This document shows positions 18,905 through 26,751 of a stretch of 64,000 bases of DNA, in pieces. The stretch's first letter is position 1, and each line of letters begins with the position of its first letter. The translations under genes and the position numbers were made by a program. Source of the stretch: Gemmatimonadaceae bacterium (GTDB lineage: Bacteria; Gemmatimonadota; Gemmatimonadetes; Gemmatimonadales; Gemmatimonadaceae); the NCBI GenBank assembly GCA_031421995.1, contig JANOPS010000127.1, positions 2,326-66,325 of the forward strand, in the 5' to 3' direction. The notes below the pieces were generated by a model, which was not told the DNA's origin, did not search any database, and saw only the letters and a program-made list of their open reading frames with translations.

Positions 18905-19951
18905 CTACCGCCACGACTCCATCAGGCCGCGCACGCGTTCCGCGCCGCCGCCGTCCACCAGCCGCGCGCCCGCGCGTGCCATGTGCTCTCTGACCGTGTG
19001 GTCGTCGCACAGGGCCGCGATCATGTGGTGCAGGCGCGATGCCTGAAGCGCATTCGCCGCGCCAAGCGACCATGCGGCTCCCGAGCCCACGTACGCCTTG
19101 AGCGCATGGGTGTTGCGGCGGTCGCCGTGGACCACCAACGCGGGCAGTTGCATCGCTGCGATCGCTGCCAGGCGGGTTCCACCCTCGGTGATCGCGACGT
19201 CGCCCCACGCCATCAAGGAAGGGATGTCTTCCACGGTCGTCAGCACGGATATGCGATCAGCGTTGTCGGGGTCCGCCGAGATCAAGGTGCGGAGTGATTC
19301 GACATGCGGGTTGATTGCATCGACGACGATGCGCGCTGTGATATCCGGGCTCGCTTGTATCGCGGCGATCACGAGTGCGTTGAGGTTGTGAGGGTCGATC
19401 TCACTGAGCATGACCAGCACGCGCCGCGCGATGATGGGGATCTGGCGTGACCATGCACGCCACGCGGCAAACTCGCTCCCAATCAACGCATATGAGGCCC
19501 CCGCAAGGACCACGGCAGACGGAGCCGATCGCGTGTACGCGTCAATCGTGCTCCCGATGTTGGGATTGAGGATCACGTCCGCGTCCCACGCCGGCCGAGC
19601 GGCATGGTCATCAAGCATCAGTACGCGGGCATCTCCCCGGCGAACTGCACGCTGCCACGAAAGATTGAAGCCGCTGCCATCGGCAAGAATCCAGTCGGAC
19701 GAGCGCGCCCGGGCAAGACGCGTCGTTTGTTGCGCGTCATCTACGCTGCCAATCGCCGCATCAACGGGCACGAAGGTGACGCCGAACGCCTCAAATCGGT
19801 GTCGGAGCGCGAGCGGCACGCTGGCGCTGGCCAGGGCAACCGTGTGACCAGCGGCGCGGAGTGCTTCGGCCAGCGGCAGACTTCGGGCGGCGTGCTCTGG
19901 GGCGACGGTCGGTGACGCGTCAGTACGTATCACGACGTCGAGCGCGCGCAT
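18905..19951 (-). CDS. PseG/SpsG-like UDP-sugar hydrolase (GT-B fold), diverged
   Basis: VIRTDAS...EHAARSLPLA, ILADGSGF, LMLDD, DVILNPN, LIGSEF, LMAWGDVAITEGG; start moved to ATG 19951. Confidence 0.7.
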   Translation of the reverse strand: MRALDVVIRTDASPTVAPEHAARSLPLAEALRAAGHTVALASASVPLALRHRFEAFGVTFVPVDAAIGSVDDAQQTTRLARARSSDWILADGSGFNLSWQRAVRRGDARVLMLDDHAARPAWDADVILNPNIGSTIDAYTRSAPSAVVLAGASYALIGSEFAAWRAWSRQIPIIARRVLVMLSEIDPHNLNALVIAAIQASPDITARIVVDAINPHVESLRTLISADPDNADRISVLTTVEDIPSLMAWGDVAITEGGTRLAAIAAMQLPALVVHGDRRNTHALKAYVGSGAAWSLGAANALQASRLHHMIAALCDDHTVREHMARAGARLVDGGGAERVRGLMESWR

Positions 19952-20044
19952 GCCTACGTCGCGTGCGCGCTGTGGCGCGTACAACGTCCGGGTTCTGCCA
20001 CAGTCGTAGCGTGATGCGCCGGGACGATCACCCTGCACCCCCCT

Positions 20045-21367
20045 TTACGCATACACAGCCACTTCGGCCAGCACGGCGTCGATCACCCGCTCTTGCAGGT
20101 CAAACGAAAGGCCAGACCACAGCGGCAGTGTGAGCAGACTCTCGGACGCCAGTTCCGCGACAGGACACAGGCCACGGTTGTAGCCCAGCTCACGCCAGTA
20201 GGGGTGCAGATAGATCGGTCGAGCCGGCGGACTCGCGTCTATGCCGCGAGCACGTAAGCCTTGGCAGAGCGACTCCCGTGCTTCCGCCGGTTCGGCGGCC
20301 TCCAGCCGTATCGGAAATTGTTGAACGGCATGCGTGCGATCCACAGGAATCGTTTGCGTCACGAGAGCCGGAATCCCCGCGAATGCGGCACGGTACCGTT
20401 GCGCGAGCGCCTGACAATGAGCAGTTCTGTCGGTGAGCCGTTGCAGCTGACGCAGCCCGAGCGCGCTGTGCGCATCGCTGACGCGATAGTCGAACCCGAG
20501 GGATACAACGTCCTGCTCACGTCTGGCGATTGCACCGAAGGCCGGTGTCTCACAACCAGCGGTGCCGGTGCGAAGACCAAAATGGCGCAACTCGCGCAAA
20601 CGTTCGGCGACGGTGGCATCATTGGTCGTGATCATGCCCGCCTGACCGATAGACGCCTGCTGGCCCGGCAGCAAACTGAATACGGTGCAGTCGGTAACGC
20701 TGCCAACACGACAACCTTCGAACTCGGCACCCGGTGTGGTGCCAGCGTCTTCGATGAGCATCAACGCGTGTTGTGCGGCGAGCGCCTGCAGCGCGCCGAG
20801 ATCGGCGGGCAACCCCGCATAATCCACGGCGATGATTGCCCGCGTACGGCGAGTGATCAACGACGCGACGTGCGACACGTTGATGGTGAGCGTCTCCGCG
20901 CAAACGTCCGCAAACACCGCGGTCGCTCCGACATATCGCACGCACGTTGCACACGCCGCGGAGGCCAGCGCCGGCACGATGACCTCGTCTCCGGGACCGA
21001 TCCCAGCCACCTGCAACGCGAGGTGAAGTGCAGCCGTTCCGCCCGAGACGGCGATGGCATGCGATGCGCTGGTCGCGGCGGCGAATGCCATCTCAAACAT
21101 CCCAACGGTCGATCCTCGCACGCGGCCGTTGCCACGCAGCGATGCGATCACTGCCAGCAGATCGTCCTCGTCGATCACATGACGATCGTTGGGAATGCGA
21201 TCTTCAAGGACAAGCAGGGGGTCAGCATGCTCACGGCGGGGACGACGGCGGCGATCTTCGAAAAGCCCCGCGACACCAGCGACCAAGAGCGGCGGCGAGT
21301 CGACCGGCGAGTCGGTTGGTGGTGCAAACGTTGAGAAACCGAGCGAGAGATCGGGAGTGTGTATCAT
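20045..21367 (-). CDS. PseC-like DegT-family aminotransferase homolog lacking the PLP lysine
   Basis: IPNDRHVIDEDDL..V, SGGTAALHLA, IIAVDYAG; the active-site loop reads FSLLPGQQ instead of FSFxPxK. Confidence 0.75.
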   Translation of the reverse strand: MIHTPDLSLGFSTFAPPTDSPVDSPPLLVAGVAGLFEDRRRRPRREHADPLLVLEDRIPNDRHVIDEDDLLAVIASLRGNGRVRGSTVGMFEMAFAAATSASHAIAVSGGTAALHLALQVAGIGPGDEVIVPALASAACATCVRYVGATAVFADVCAETLTINVSHVASLITRRTRAIIAVDYAGLPADLGALQALAAQHALMLIEDAGTTPGAEFEGCRVGSVTDCTVFSLLPGQQASIGQAGMITTNDATVAERLRELRHFGLRTGTAGCETPAFGAIARREQDVVSLGFDYRVSDAHSALGLRQLQRLTDRTAHCQALAQRYRAAFAGIPALVTQTIPVDRTHAVQQFPIRLEAAEPAEARESLCQGLRARGIDASPPARPIYLHPYWRELGYNRGLCPVAELASESLLTLPLWSGLSFDLQERVIDAVLAEVAVYA

Positions 21368-21413
21368 AAGAGGCGGCAACGGAGCGTGGGCAGGACGATC
21401 AAACCGTCACTTA

Positions 21414-21429
21414 TGCAGACGCCGTGCCA
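21414..21429 (-). promoter_or_regulatory. sigma54 promoter for the pseC/pseG-like pair
   Basis: TGGCACGGCGTCTGCA (GG-N10-GC) on the minus strand. Confidence 0.75.
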
Positions 21430-21446
21430 CGTCTCATGTCACAACA

Positions 21447-21459
21447 AATCAATCGCTTA
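21447..21459. promoter_or_regulatory. IHF-like binding site
   Basis: AATCAATCGCTTA is an exact match to WATCAANNNNTTR and lies between the enhancer palindrome and the sigma54 box. Confidence 0.65.
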
Positions 21460-21481
21460 GCCATCCAGGCTGTTTCGCAGG

Positions 21482-21496
21482 CGGCACATCCTGCCG
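21482..21496. promoter_or_regulatory. Palindromic enhancer-like site CGGCACATCCTGCCG
   Basis: Perfect CGGCA-N5-TGCCG upstream of the minus-strand sigma54 box. Confidence 0.65.
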
Positions 21497-21546
21497 CCCT
21501 GAACGTCCTTCTGGGTCGCCTTTTCGGCACGCCCGTCAGCGAGGCC

Positions 21547-22062
21547 CTAGGCCGCCCGAATCCGCAGGCCGTCGGGCTGCGGTGGGAAGGCATCCAGCGT
21601 GACCGGTCGCCGAAGCGCATGTGCGTCGTCGCGGCTGACGACCTGCATCCCAGTCCCCTTGGTCAGGTTAAAGACGATCGGGGCACGGAAGTTCGCCGTC
21701 GCGCCGTCCTCGCTCGCGGCGGGAAGCGTGATCATGACCAGGCCAAAGGCGTCGGATGGTTCTTCAATGTCCAGCGCCGCGCGCTCGGACTCTCCGAGGT
21801 CGATGCCATATGTCGGATCAAGTGTGAACGGATCAGCCAAGAGAAAAATGAGCGCCGTGTCGTGTACGGACTGCATCCACCACAGTCCATCGCGCGCCGC
21901 CGGCAACAGGGCGTATTCGGTATGTTCCGCGAATCCCCACAGGGGCGTCGGAAAGGCCATAAAGACGCCGGGCGCAGCCTCGATCTCGCCAAGAATGGCG
22001 GAGGTGACGGTACGCGTGGGCAGCGCGAGTGGTGACGGATCGGCGTGTGTGATTGAGGGCAT
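21547..22062 (-). CDS. fliW: Flagellar assembly factor FliW (CsrA antagonist)
   Basis: FPTPLWGF, WWMQS, FLLADPF..Y, TANFRAPIVFN...GMQVV motifs; follows flgL. Confidence 0.9.
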   Translation of the reverse strand: MPSITHADPSPLALPTRTVTSAILGEIEAAPGVFMAFPTPLWGFAEHTEYALLPAARDGLWWMQSVHDTALIFLLADPFTLDPTYGIDLGESERAALDIEEPSDAFGLVMITLPAASEDGATANFRAPIVFNLTKGTGMQVVSRDDAHALRRPVTLDAFPPQPDGLRIRAA

Positions 22063-22069
22063 TGGCGTC

Positions 22070-22978
22070 TTACAGGTAGTTGGCGAGGCTCAGGCCGAGA
22101 ATGCGCGTCGTCGCGCTCATCGCTGCCTGATGCAGCGTTTGTTTACTGACCAACGACGCGATGGCCGATTCCACGTCTGTGTCGCGAAGATCGGCGCGGT
22201 AGCCGCTGAGGGAGAGCTCGGTCGATCCGAGCGTGAGGCGTGCGCTCTCCATAGCGTCGACGCGCGCGCCATGGGAACCGAGCAGGCCTTGCACCTGTCC
22301 GTTGGCGGCGGTGACTGCATCCATCGCCGCTTGAATAGCCGGCACATCGTTGTTGCCGAGCGCGGTGGAAAGCGCCCGCAGCGACTCGAGGGCGTTGGTG
22401 GAGAGAAAAACCTCCGTGGCGTTATGCGTCGGCGCGACGAATTCTCCTTCGCCGATCTCCAGCTCGATCGCGCCGCTGGGGTTGACGGGATTGCCCGCCA
22501 ACGTGAGCGCGGAGAATCCGTCGGCTGGGGTTGGCGGTACTCGTAGCGGCCGCTCACCAGCACGCGAGCCGCCGAACAGATACTCGTCGCCCATCTTCGT
22601 ATTGGCCAGCTCGACCGCACTGCTGATCACTTGGTCCACCTCGGCCTTTGCGATGAGCCGTGTTTGTGCGGTCGCGGTGCCATTCGCCGCCGAGATCCCC
22701 AGGTCGATCGCGCGGTTCAGGCCGTTGGACAGCTGATCCAGCACGACATCCTCACGGGAGGCACGGGCAAGGCCGAGGTCGATGTTCCGTCGATATTGGG
22801 TGATCGCGCGCAGGGAGCTGTTGAGGCGCACAACGGTGCCGGCGGCCGTGGGATCATCCGAGACCTTTCTGAGCGAAACGCCGGACGAGATATCCTCGCG
22901 CAGCCGATCGATGCCCTGCAAGCCTGTTTGCAGGCGCGCCTGGCTGTTTCGCGTGATCATCTGATTGGTGACGCGCAT
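22070..22978 (-). CDS. flgL: Hook-filament junction protein FlgL (HAP3)
   Basis: MRVTNQM...ISSGVSLRKVSDDPTAA...ANTKMGDEYLFGG...DTDVESAI flagellin-like termini of FlgL. Confidence 0.93.
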   Translation of the reverse strand: MRVTNQMITRNSQARLQTGLQGIDRLREDISSGVSLRKVSDDPTAAGTVVRLNSSLRAITQYRRNIDLGLARASREDVVLDQLSNGLNRAIDLGISAANGTATAQTRLIAKAEVDQVISSAVELANTKMGDEYLFGGSRAGERPLRVPPTPADGFSALTLAGNPVNPSGAIELEIGEGEFVAPTHNATEVFLSTNALESLRALSTALGNNDVPAIQAAMDAVTAANGQVQGLLGSHGARVDAMESARLTLGSTELSLSGYRADLRDTDVESAIASLVSKQTLHQAAMSATTRILGLSLANYL

Positions 22979-23051
22979 CGGGAGAAGCGACGAGGCCCCG
23001 GGCGGTTACGAACCGGTACGGTCGTAACACACGGAAGGCGGACCTTAGACA

Positions 23052-23078
23052 GTATCGGACGCTTCCTCCGAGGTCTTA
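23052..23078 (-). promoter_or_regulatory. sigma28 promoter for flgL-fliW
   Basis: TAAG-N15-TCCGATAC on the minus strand, close to consensus TAAA-N15-GCCGATAA. Confidence 0.75.
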
Positions 23079-23128
23079 ACCCTTCGAGGAAAGATCACAT
23101 ATCTGCGCAGTCAACAAATTTTGGGAGG

Positions 23129-23143
23129 CGGACAAGTTTGCCG
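23129..23143. promoter_or_regulatory. Enhancer-like palindrome variant upstream of the sigma54 activator gene (possible autoregulation)
   Basis: CGGACAAGTTTGCCG, a variant of CGGCA-N5-TGCCG. Confidence 0.4.
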
Positions 23144-23263
23144 GGAGGACACAAATGCCACATACTATAGGTGACGCGTGTTCGTGCGCGAGGACGCGTC
23201 TTCGTGAGCGGGGTCACCGATCGGCCCCGACCGAATGTTCTTTCTCCCTCCCGAACGTACTAC

Positions 23264-24700
23264 ATGGCGACAATCCTGTACGTGGATGACGAACCAAGTG
23301 TCGGACTGATTCTCGACGACACACTCAGCCGCGCGGGGCACACCCCGGTAGGAGCAATAGGAGTACCGCAGGCACTTCAGGTCTTGGAACGCGGCGGCGT
23401 TGACCTGATCATTTCGGACTACCGAATGCCTGGGCTTTCGGGACTGGAGTTTATCCAGCTTCTGACGCGCGAGGGGTATGACATTCCCCTCATCATGTTG
23501 ACAGGGTACGCGAGCATCGAGCATGCAGTTGCCTCGATCAAAGCCGGTGCCGTCGACTATATCACCAAACCGATTCGCCCCCAGCAACTCGAGCTCGCCG
23601 TCGAGCAGGCGCTCGAGTTTGTTCGGCTCCGCCGCGAGAACGAGTCGCTTCGCAAAGAGGTGATGCAGTTCCGCAACGAGCGGCAGATCATTGGCGATTC
23701 GCCACCGATTCGCCGCATCCTGCAGACGGTGTCGATGGCAGCGCCGACGCGGGCTACCGTGCTGCTTCAAGGAGAGTCGGGGACCGGCAAAGAGCTGTTT
23801 GCGCGAGCGATTCATGATCAGAGCGAACGACGTGACCGTCCGTTCATCAAACTGAACTGCGCGGCACTTCCCGAGGGATTGATCGAATCCGCGCTGTTCG
23901 GACATGAAAAGGGCGCGTTCACCGGTGCGATCAAACGAGTTGAGGGTGCCTTTGAGCGCGCCAACCGAGGCACGCTCTTGCTGGACGAAGTCTCGGAGAT
24001 GCGTTTGGACCTGCAGGCAAAGCTCCTTCGCGTTTTGCAGGAACAGGAGTTTGAGCGCGTGGGTGGAACGTCATCAATCAAGGTAGACGTACGCATCGTG
24101 GCGACCACCAACCGCGACCTCGCCGCGGAGGCCGACGTCGGCCATTTCCGGCAGGACCTCTACTATAGACTGTCGACGATCCCGATCCTCATCCCGCCGT
24201 TACGGGAGCGCGTTGAGGACATCCCGGTCTTGGCATTGCGATTCGCGCTCCGCAATGCCGCAGAGCTTGGGAAAAAGATCGAAGGCATAGCGCCCAGCGC
24301 CCTTGAGGCCCTGCAAAAGTACGCGTGGCCGGGCAACATCCGAGAGCTGCAGCACGTGATTGAACGCGCAGTCATCCTGACCACCGACTCGATGATTCAA
24401 CAGAATTCTCTGGAAGGGACGCGTTTCGGACTGGCCCATTCCCTTGGGTCCACGGCAATTCGCCCAAGGTCGGTGACGAATCCGAGCGGCAACTATGCCG
24501 TGGTCAACAGTGCCGTCCCAGGCTCGATCAGTCTCGCGAGCATGAACGTGGGCGATGCGGAACGCGTGCTGATCCAGCATGCCCTGGTCGCCGCATCCAA
24601 CAACAGAACGCGGGCGGCAGAATTGTTGGGGATCAGCGTGCGAACGCTGCGCAACAAGCTGAATGGTCCAGGACGCGAATCGGAGATCGACGACGAATAG
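23264..24700 (+). CDS. sigma54-dependent response regulator (REC-AAA+-HTH; FlgR/FleR/NtrC-type), likely flagellar class activator
   Basis: ILYVDDE and IISDYRMP receiver, GESGTGKE Walker A, HEKGAFTGA, LLLDE, Fis-type HTH NNRTRAAELLGISVRTLRNKL. Confidence 0.92.
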   Translation: MATILYVDDEPSVGLILDDTLSRAGHTPVGAIGVPQALQVLERGGVDLIISDYRMPGLSGLEFIQLLTREGYDIPLIMLTGYASIEHAVASIKAGAVDYITKPIRPQQLELAVEQALEFVRLRRENESLRKEVMQFRNERQIIGDSPPIRRILQTVSMAAPTRATVLLQGESGTGKELFARAIHDQSERRDRPFIKLNCAALPEGLIESALFGHEKGAFTGAIKRVEGAFERANRGTLLLDEVSEMRLDLQAKLLRVLQEQEFERVGGTSSIKVDVRIVATTNRDLAAEADVGHFRQDLYYRLSTIPILIPPLRERVEDIPVLALRFALRNAAELGKKIEGIAPSALEALQKYAWPGNIRELQHVIERAVILTTDSMIQQNSLEGTRFGLAHSLGSTAIRPRSVTNPSGNYAVVNSAVPGSISLASMNVGDAERVLIQHALVAASNNRTRAAELLGISVRTLRNKLNGPGRESEIDDE

Positions 24701-24710
24701 CGCCTGGGTC

Positions 24711-24855
24711 CGGAAGATCCTGCCGACCACCGTTCGTGCCGGTTGGTAGGCAACTACGACCACTTCGGTGGCGGCAGGATTTTCCGTTTTACCCGGTATT
24801 TGTTCGCAACATCGCATCAGTCTTCGCCATGCGAGGCGATCGGCACGTATTGCCG
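24711..24855. promoter_or_regulatory. Three enhancer-like palindromes upstream of the flgB promoter
   Basis: CGGAAGATCCTGCCG (24711-25), CGGCAGGATTTTCCG (24772-86), CGGCACGTATTGCCG (24841-55). Confidence 0.65.
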
Positions 24856-24940
24856 GATGAATTGTAAGTTCTTTCTTTGCAGGAGTTTGGCTTCGCCAAT
24901 TGTCGCGGCAATTGCCAAAGTATGTGATGGATGCGGAGTT

Positions 24941-24956
24941 TGGCCCGCGCATTGCT
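24941..24956 (+). promoter_or_regulatory. sigma54 promoter of the flgB operon
   Basis: TGGCCCGCGCATTGCT (GG-N10-GC, TTGCT -12). Confidence 0.8.
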
Positions 24957-25002
24957 TTTCACCGTGGCAGAGACGTTCGCCTTTCTCCCACGGAACTCGC
25001 CG

Positions 25003-25302
25003 ATGCTTTTCGGATTCGTCGATCGCGTCACCTCAGCGTCATCGCTCAAGACATCGCTCGATCGGAGCGTCGAACGGTCGCGTACCATCGCCGACCGCGT
25101 CAGCAAAGCCTCGCTGCAAAATGGCGACGGGTTTTCGCTGGCCGCCAACGGAAAGACGGCGTCCGCGAGCGCCAATCCGATCAATGTCGAGGACGAGATG
25201 ATCGCGCTCGCCGATGAGCAAATCCGATTCCTGGCGACCTCGAAGCTTCTCGAAAAGACGTATGCGAGTCTTCGCGGCGCCATCAAGGGCACCGGCGTCT
25301 GA
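25003..25302 (+). CDS. flgB: Basal-body rod protein FlgB
   Basis: RTIADRVSKAS...NPINVEDEMIALADEQIRFLATSKLL; start moved downstream of the sigma54 box. Confidence 0.85.
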   Translation: MLFGFVDRVTSASSLKTSLDRSVERSRTIADRVSKASLQNGDGFSLAANGKTASASANPINVEDEMIALADEQIRFLATSKLLEKTYASLRGAIKGTGV

Positions 25303-25919
25303 TGCCGATTCCGCCGATCAAGAGCCCGTCGCTCCTGCCACTGCCGAGTCAATCGGGCATCCGCCCAATGTTCCGCTCCTTGGCGATCGCGGGCAGCGGC
25401 CTGTCGGTACAGCGCCAACGGATGGAAACGATCGCGCAGAACATGGCGAATGCCGACGTGACGCGCGGCGCCGATGGGCAACCGTACAAGCGACGCGACG
25501 TCGTGCTCGAAGCGTCAACGTCGCAGAACGCGATGTACGGCGATGGGGCTTCGGGTGCGGGACTTGGCGTTTCGCCCAACGGCGTGGCGGGTCCAAGCCA
25601 ATTCGACGCACCGCTCACGGCTGGCGATGGACCGCGCGCCATCGAAGTGCCGGTCCTTCCTCGCAGCGCGTCCGGCGCGGGTCCGGATGCCGGCGAGTAT
25701 GGCGTGCGCGTATCGGGCATCGCCGAGGACCAAGGTGAGGGGCGCTTGGTCTATGAGCCCGGACATCCCGATGCGAATGCCAGCGGCTATGTGCGCTATC
25801 CCAACATCGATACCACGCAAGAACTCGTGAAACTGATGGACGCGAAGCGCATGTACGAAGCCAACGCCGCGGTGTTCCAAACCGCGAAGTCGATTCTGCG
25901 CGCGTCACTCGACATTTGA
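25302..25919 (+). CDS. flgC: Basal-body rod protein FlgC
   Basis: AGSGLSVQRQRMETIAQNMANADVT...PYKRR...YEPGHPDANASGYVRYPNID...YEAN. Confidence 0.95.
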   Translation: MPIPPIKSPSLLPLPSQSGIRPMFRSLAIAGSGLSVQRQRMETIAQNMANADVTRGADGQPYKRRDVVLEASTSQNAMYGDGASGAGLGVSPNGVAGPSQFDAPLTAGDGPRAIEVPVLPRSASGAGPDAGEYGVRVSGIAEDQGEGRLVYEPGHPDANASGYVRYPNIDTTQELVKLMDAKRMYEANAAVFQTAKSILRASLDI

Positions 25920-26028
25920 TGCCCTCTCCTCACTACGCCGCGGGTCCGGGGATTGATGTGAATTCCTCCTCCTCCTCTCCGAAGCCACATCGGTCCCCGG
26001 TCCGCAGCGTCTTTCCACAACCCACGGT

Positions 26029-26403
26029 ATGAGCATCAACGGCGTCACTAATCCACTCCTCGCAAACCTCCACGCCCTCGGTCGACCGGATGCCATGCGT
26101 CCGCTGTCCGAACGTGCTGCGCAGGCCCGTCCAGGGTCGAGCGCCGCAAGCAACGCCACCAGCGCGCAGCCGGCACTCAAAGCCCAAGCGCCGATTGCCG
26201 GGCATGGTGCGGCGCAGAGCACTGTGCCGGTCGATGCGCCCGCTGGTACGGACCCGGCGTTGTGGAGCGTACTCACGAATGACGAGCGCAACTTTTTTGC
26301 GAAGAGCGCTACCCTCGGCCCGCTGACCTACGGTCGGATCAAGGCCGTGTCCCATCCCACGCCGCCGTCGGTCCGCGGCGTGCGCCTTGATGTTCGCGCC
26401 TGA
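26029..26403 (+). CDS. Hypothetical small protein between flgC and fliE
   Basis: 124 aa in-operon ORF; low-complexity N-terminus MSINGVTN and C-terminal RGVRLDVRA. Confidence 0.7.
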   Translation: MSINGVTNPLLANLHALGRPDAMRPLSERAAQARPGSSAASNATSAQPALKAQAPIAGHGAAQSTVPVDAPAGTDPALWSVLTNDERNFFAKSATLGPLTYGRIKAVSHPTPPSVRGVRLDVRA

Positions 26404-26420
26404 TCCCGAGAGCCACGATT

Positions 26421-26735
26421 ATGCAAACACGTCTTGATCTCCTCACGCGCTCGCTACCCGATCTCATCGGGCGTGATACGGGCGCGAAGCAGGTACCGGT
26501 TATCAGCGAAGGCGACAACTCGTTTGGGAGCACGCTGACGCGCGCGCTGAACGAAGTCTCCGACGCGCGCGACAGGAGTGGCGACCTCACCCAGCGCTTT
26601 GCCGCGGGAGAGAATGTCGAACTCCACCAAGTCATGGCCGCCAGTGAAGAAGCAGGAATCGCGCTCGATCTCTTGATCGAACTGCGCAACAAGGCCGTTG
26701 AAGCCTATCGGTCCGTGATCTCGATGCAGTCCTGA
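26421..26735 (+). CDS. fliE: Hook-basal body protein FliE
   Basis: FGSTLTRALNEV...GENVELHQVMAASEEAGIALDLLIELRNKAVEAYRSVISMQ. Confidence 0.95.
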   Translation: MQTRLDLLTRSLPDLIGRDTGAKQVPVISEGDNSFGSTLTRALNEVSDARDRSGDLTQRFAAGENVELHQVMAASEEAGIALDLLIELRNKAVEAYRSVISMQS

Positions 26736-26751
26736 GCCCCAGCGATTTCCC

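Noticed and set aside
18905-21367. Complete pseudaminic-acid pathway
   Set aside because: No PseB, PseI or PseF homolog in the window, and the PseC-like protein lacks the catalytic Lys.
24931-25002. Upstream starts given in the ORF track for flgB, fliL, flgF, fliC, flhG and others
   Set aside because: They overlap promoters or upstream genes; downstream starts fit family N-termini and gene coupling better.
25964-25980. (TCC)n tract as a VNTR or contingency repeat
   Set aside because: Only about four units, intergenic, and consistent with the pyrimidine-rich leaders seen elsewhere.
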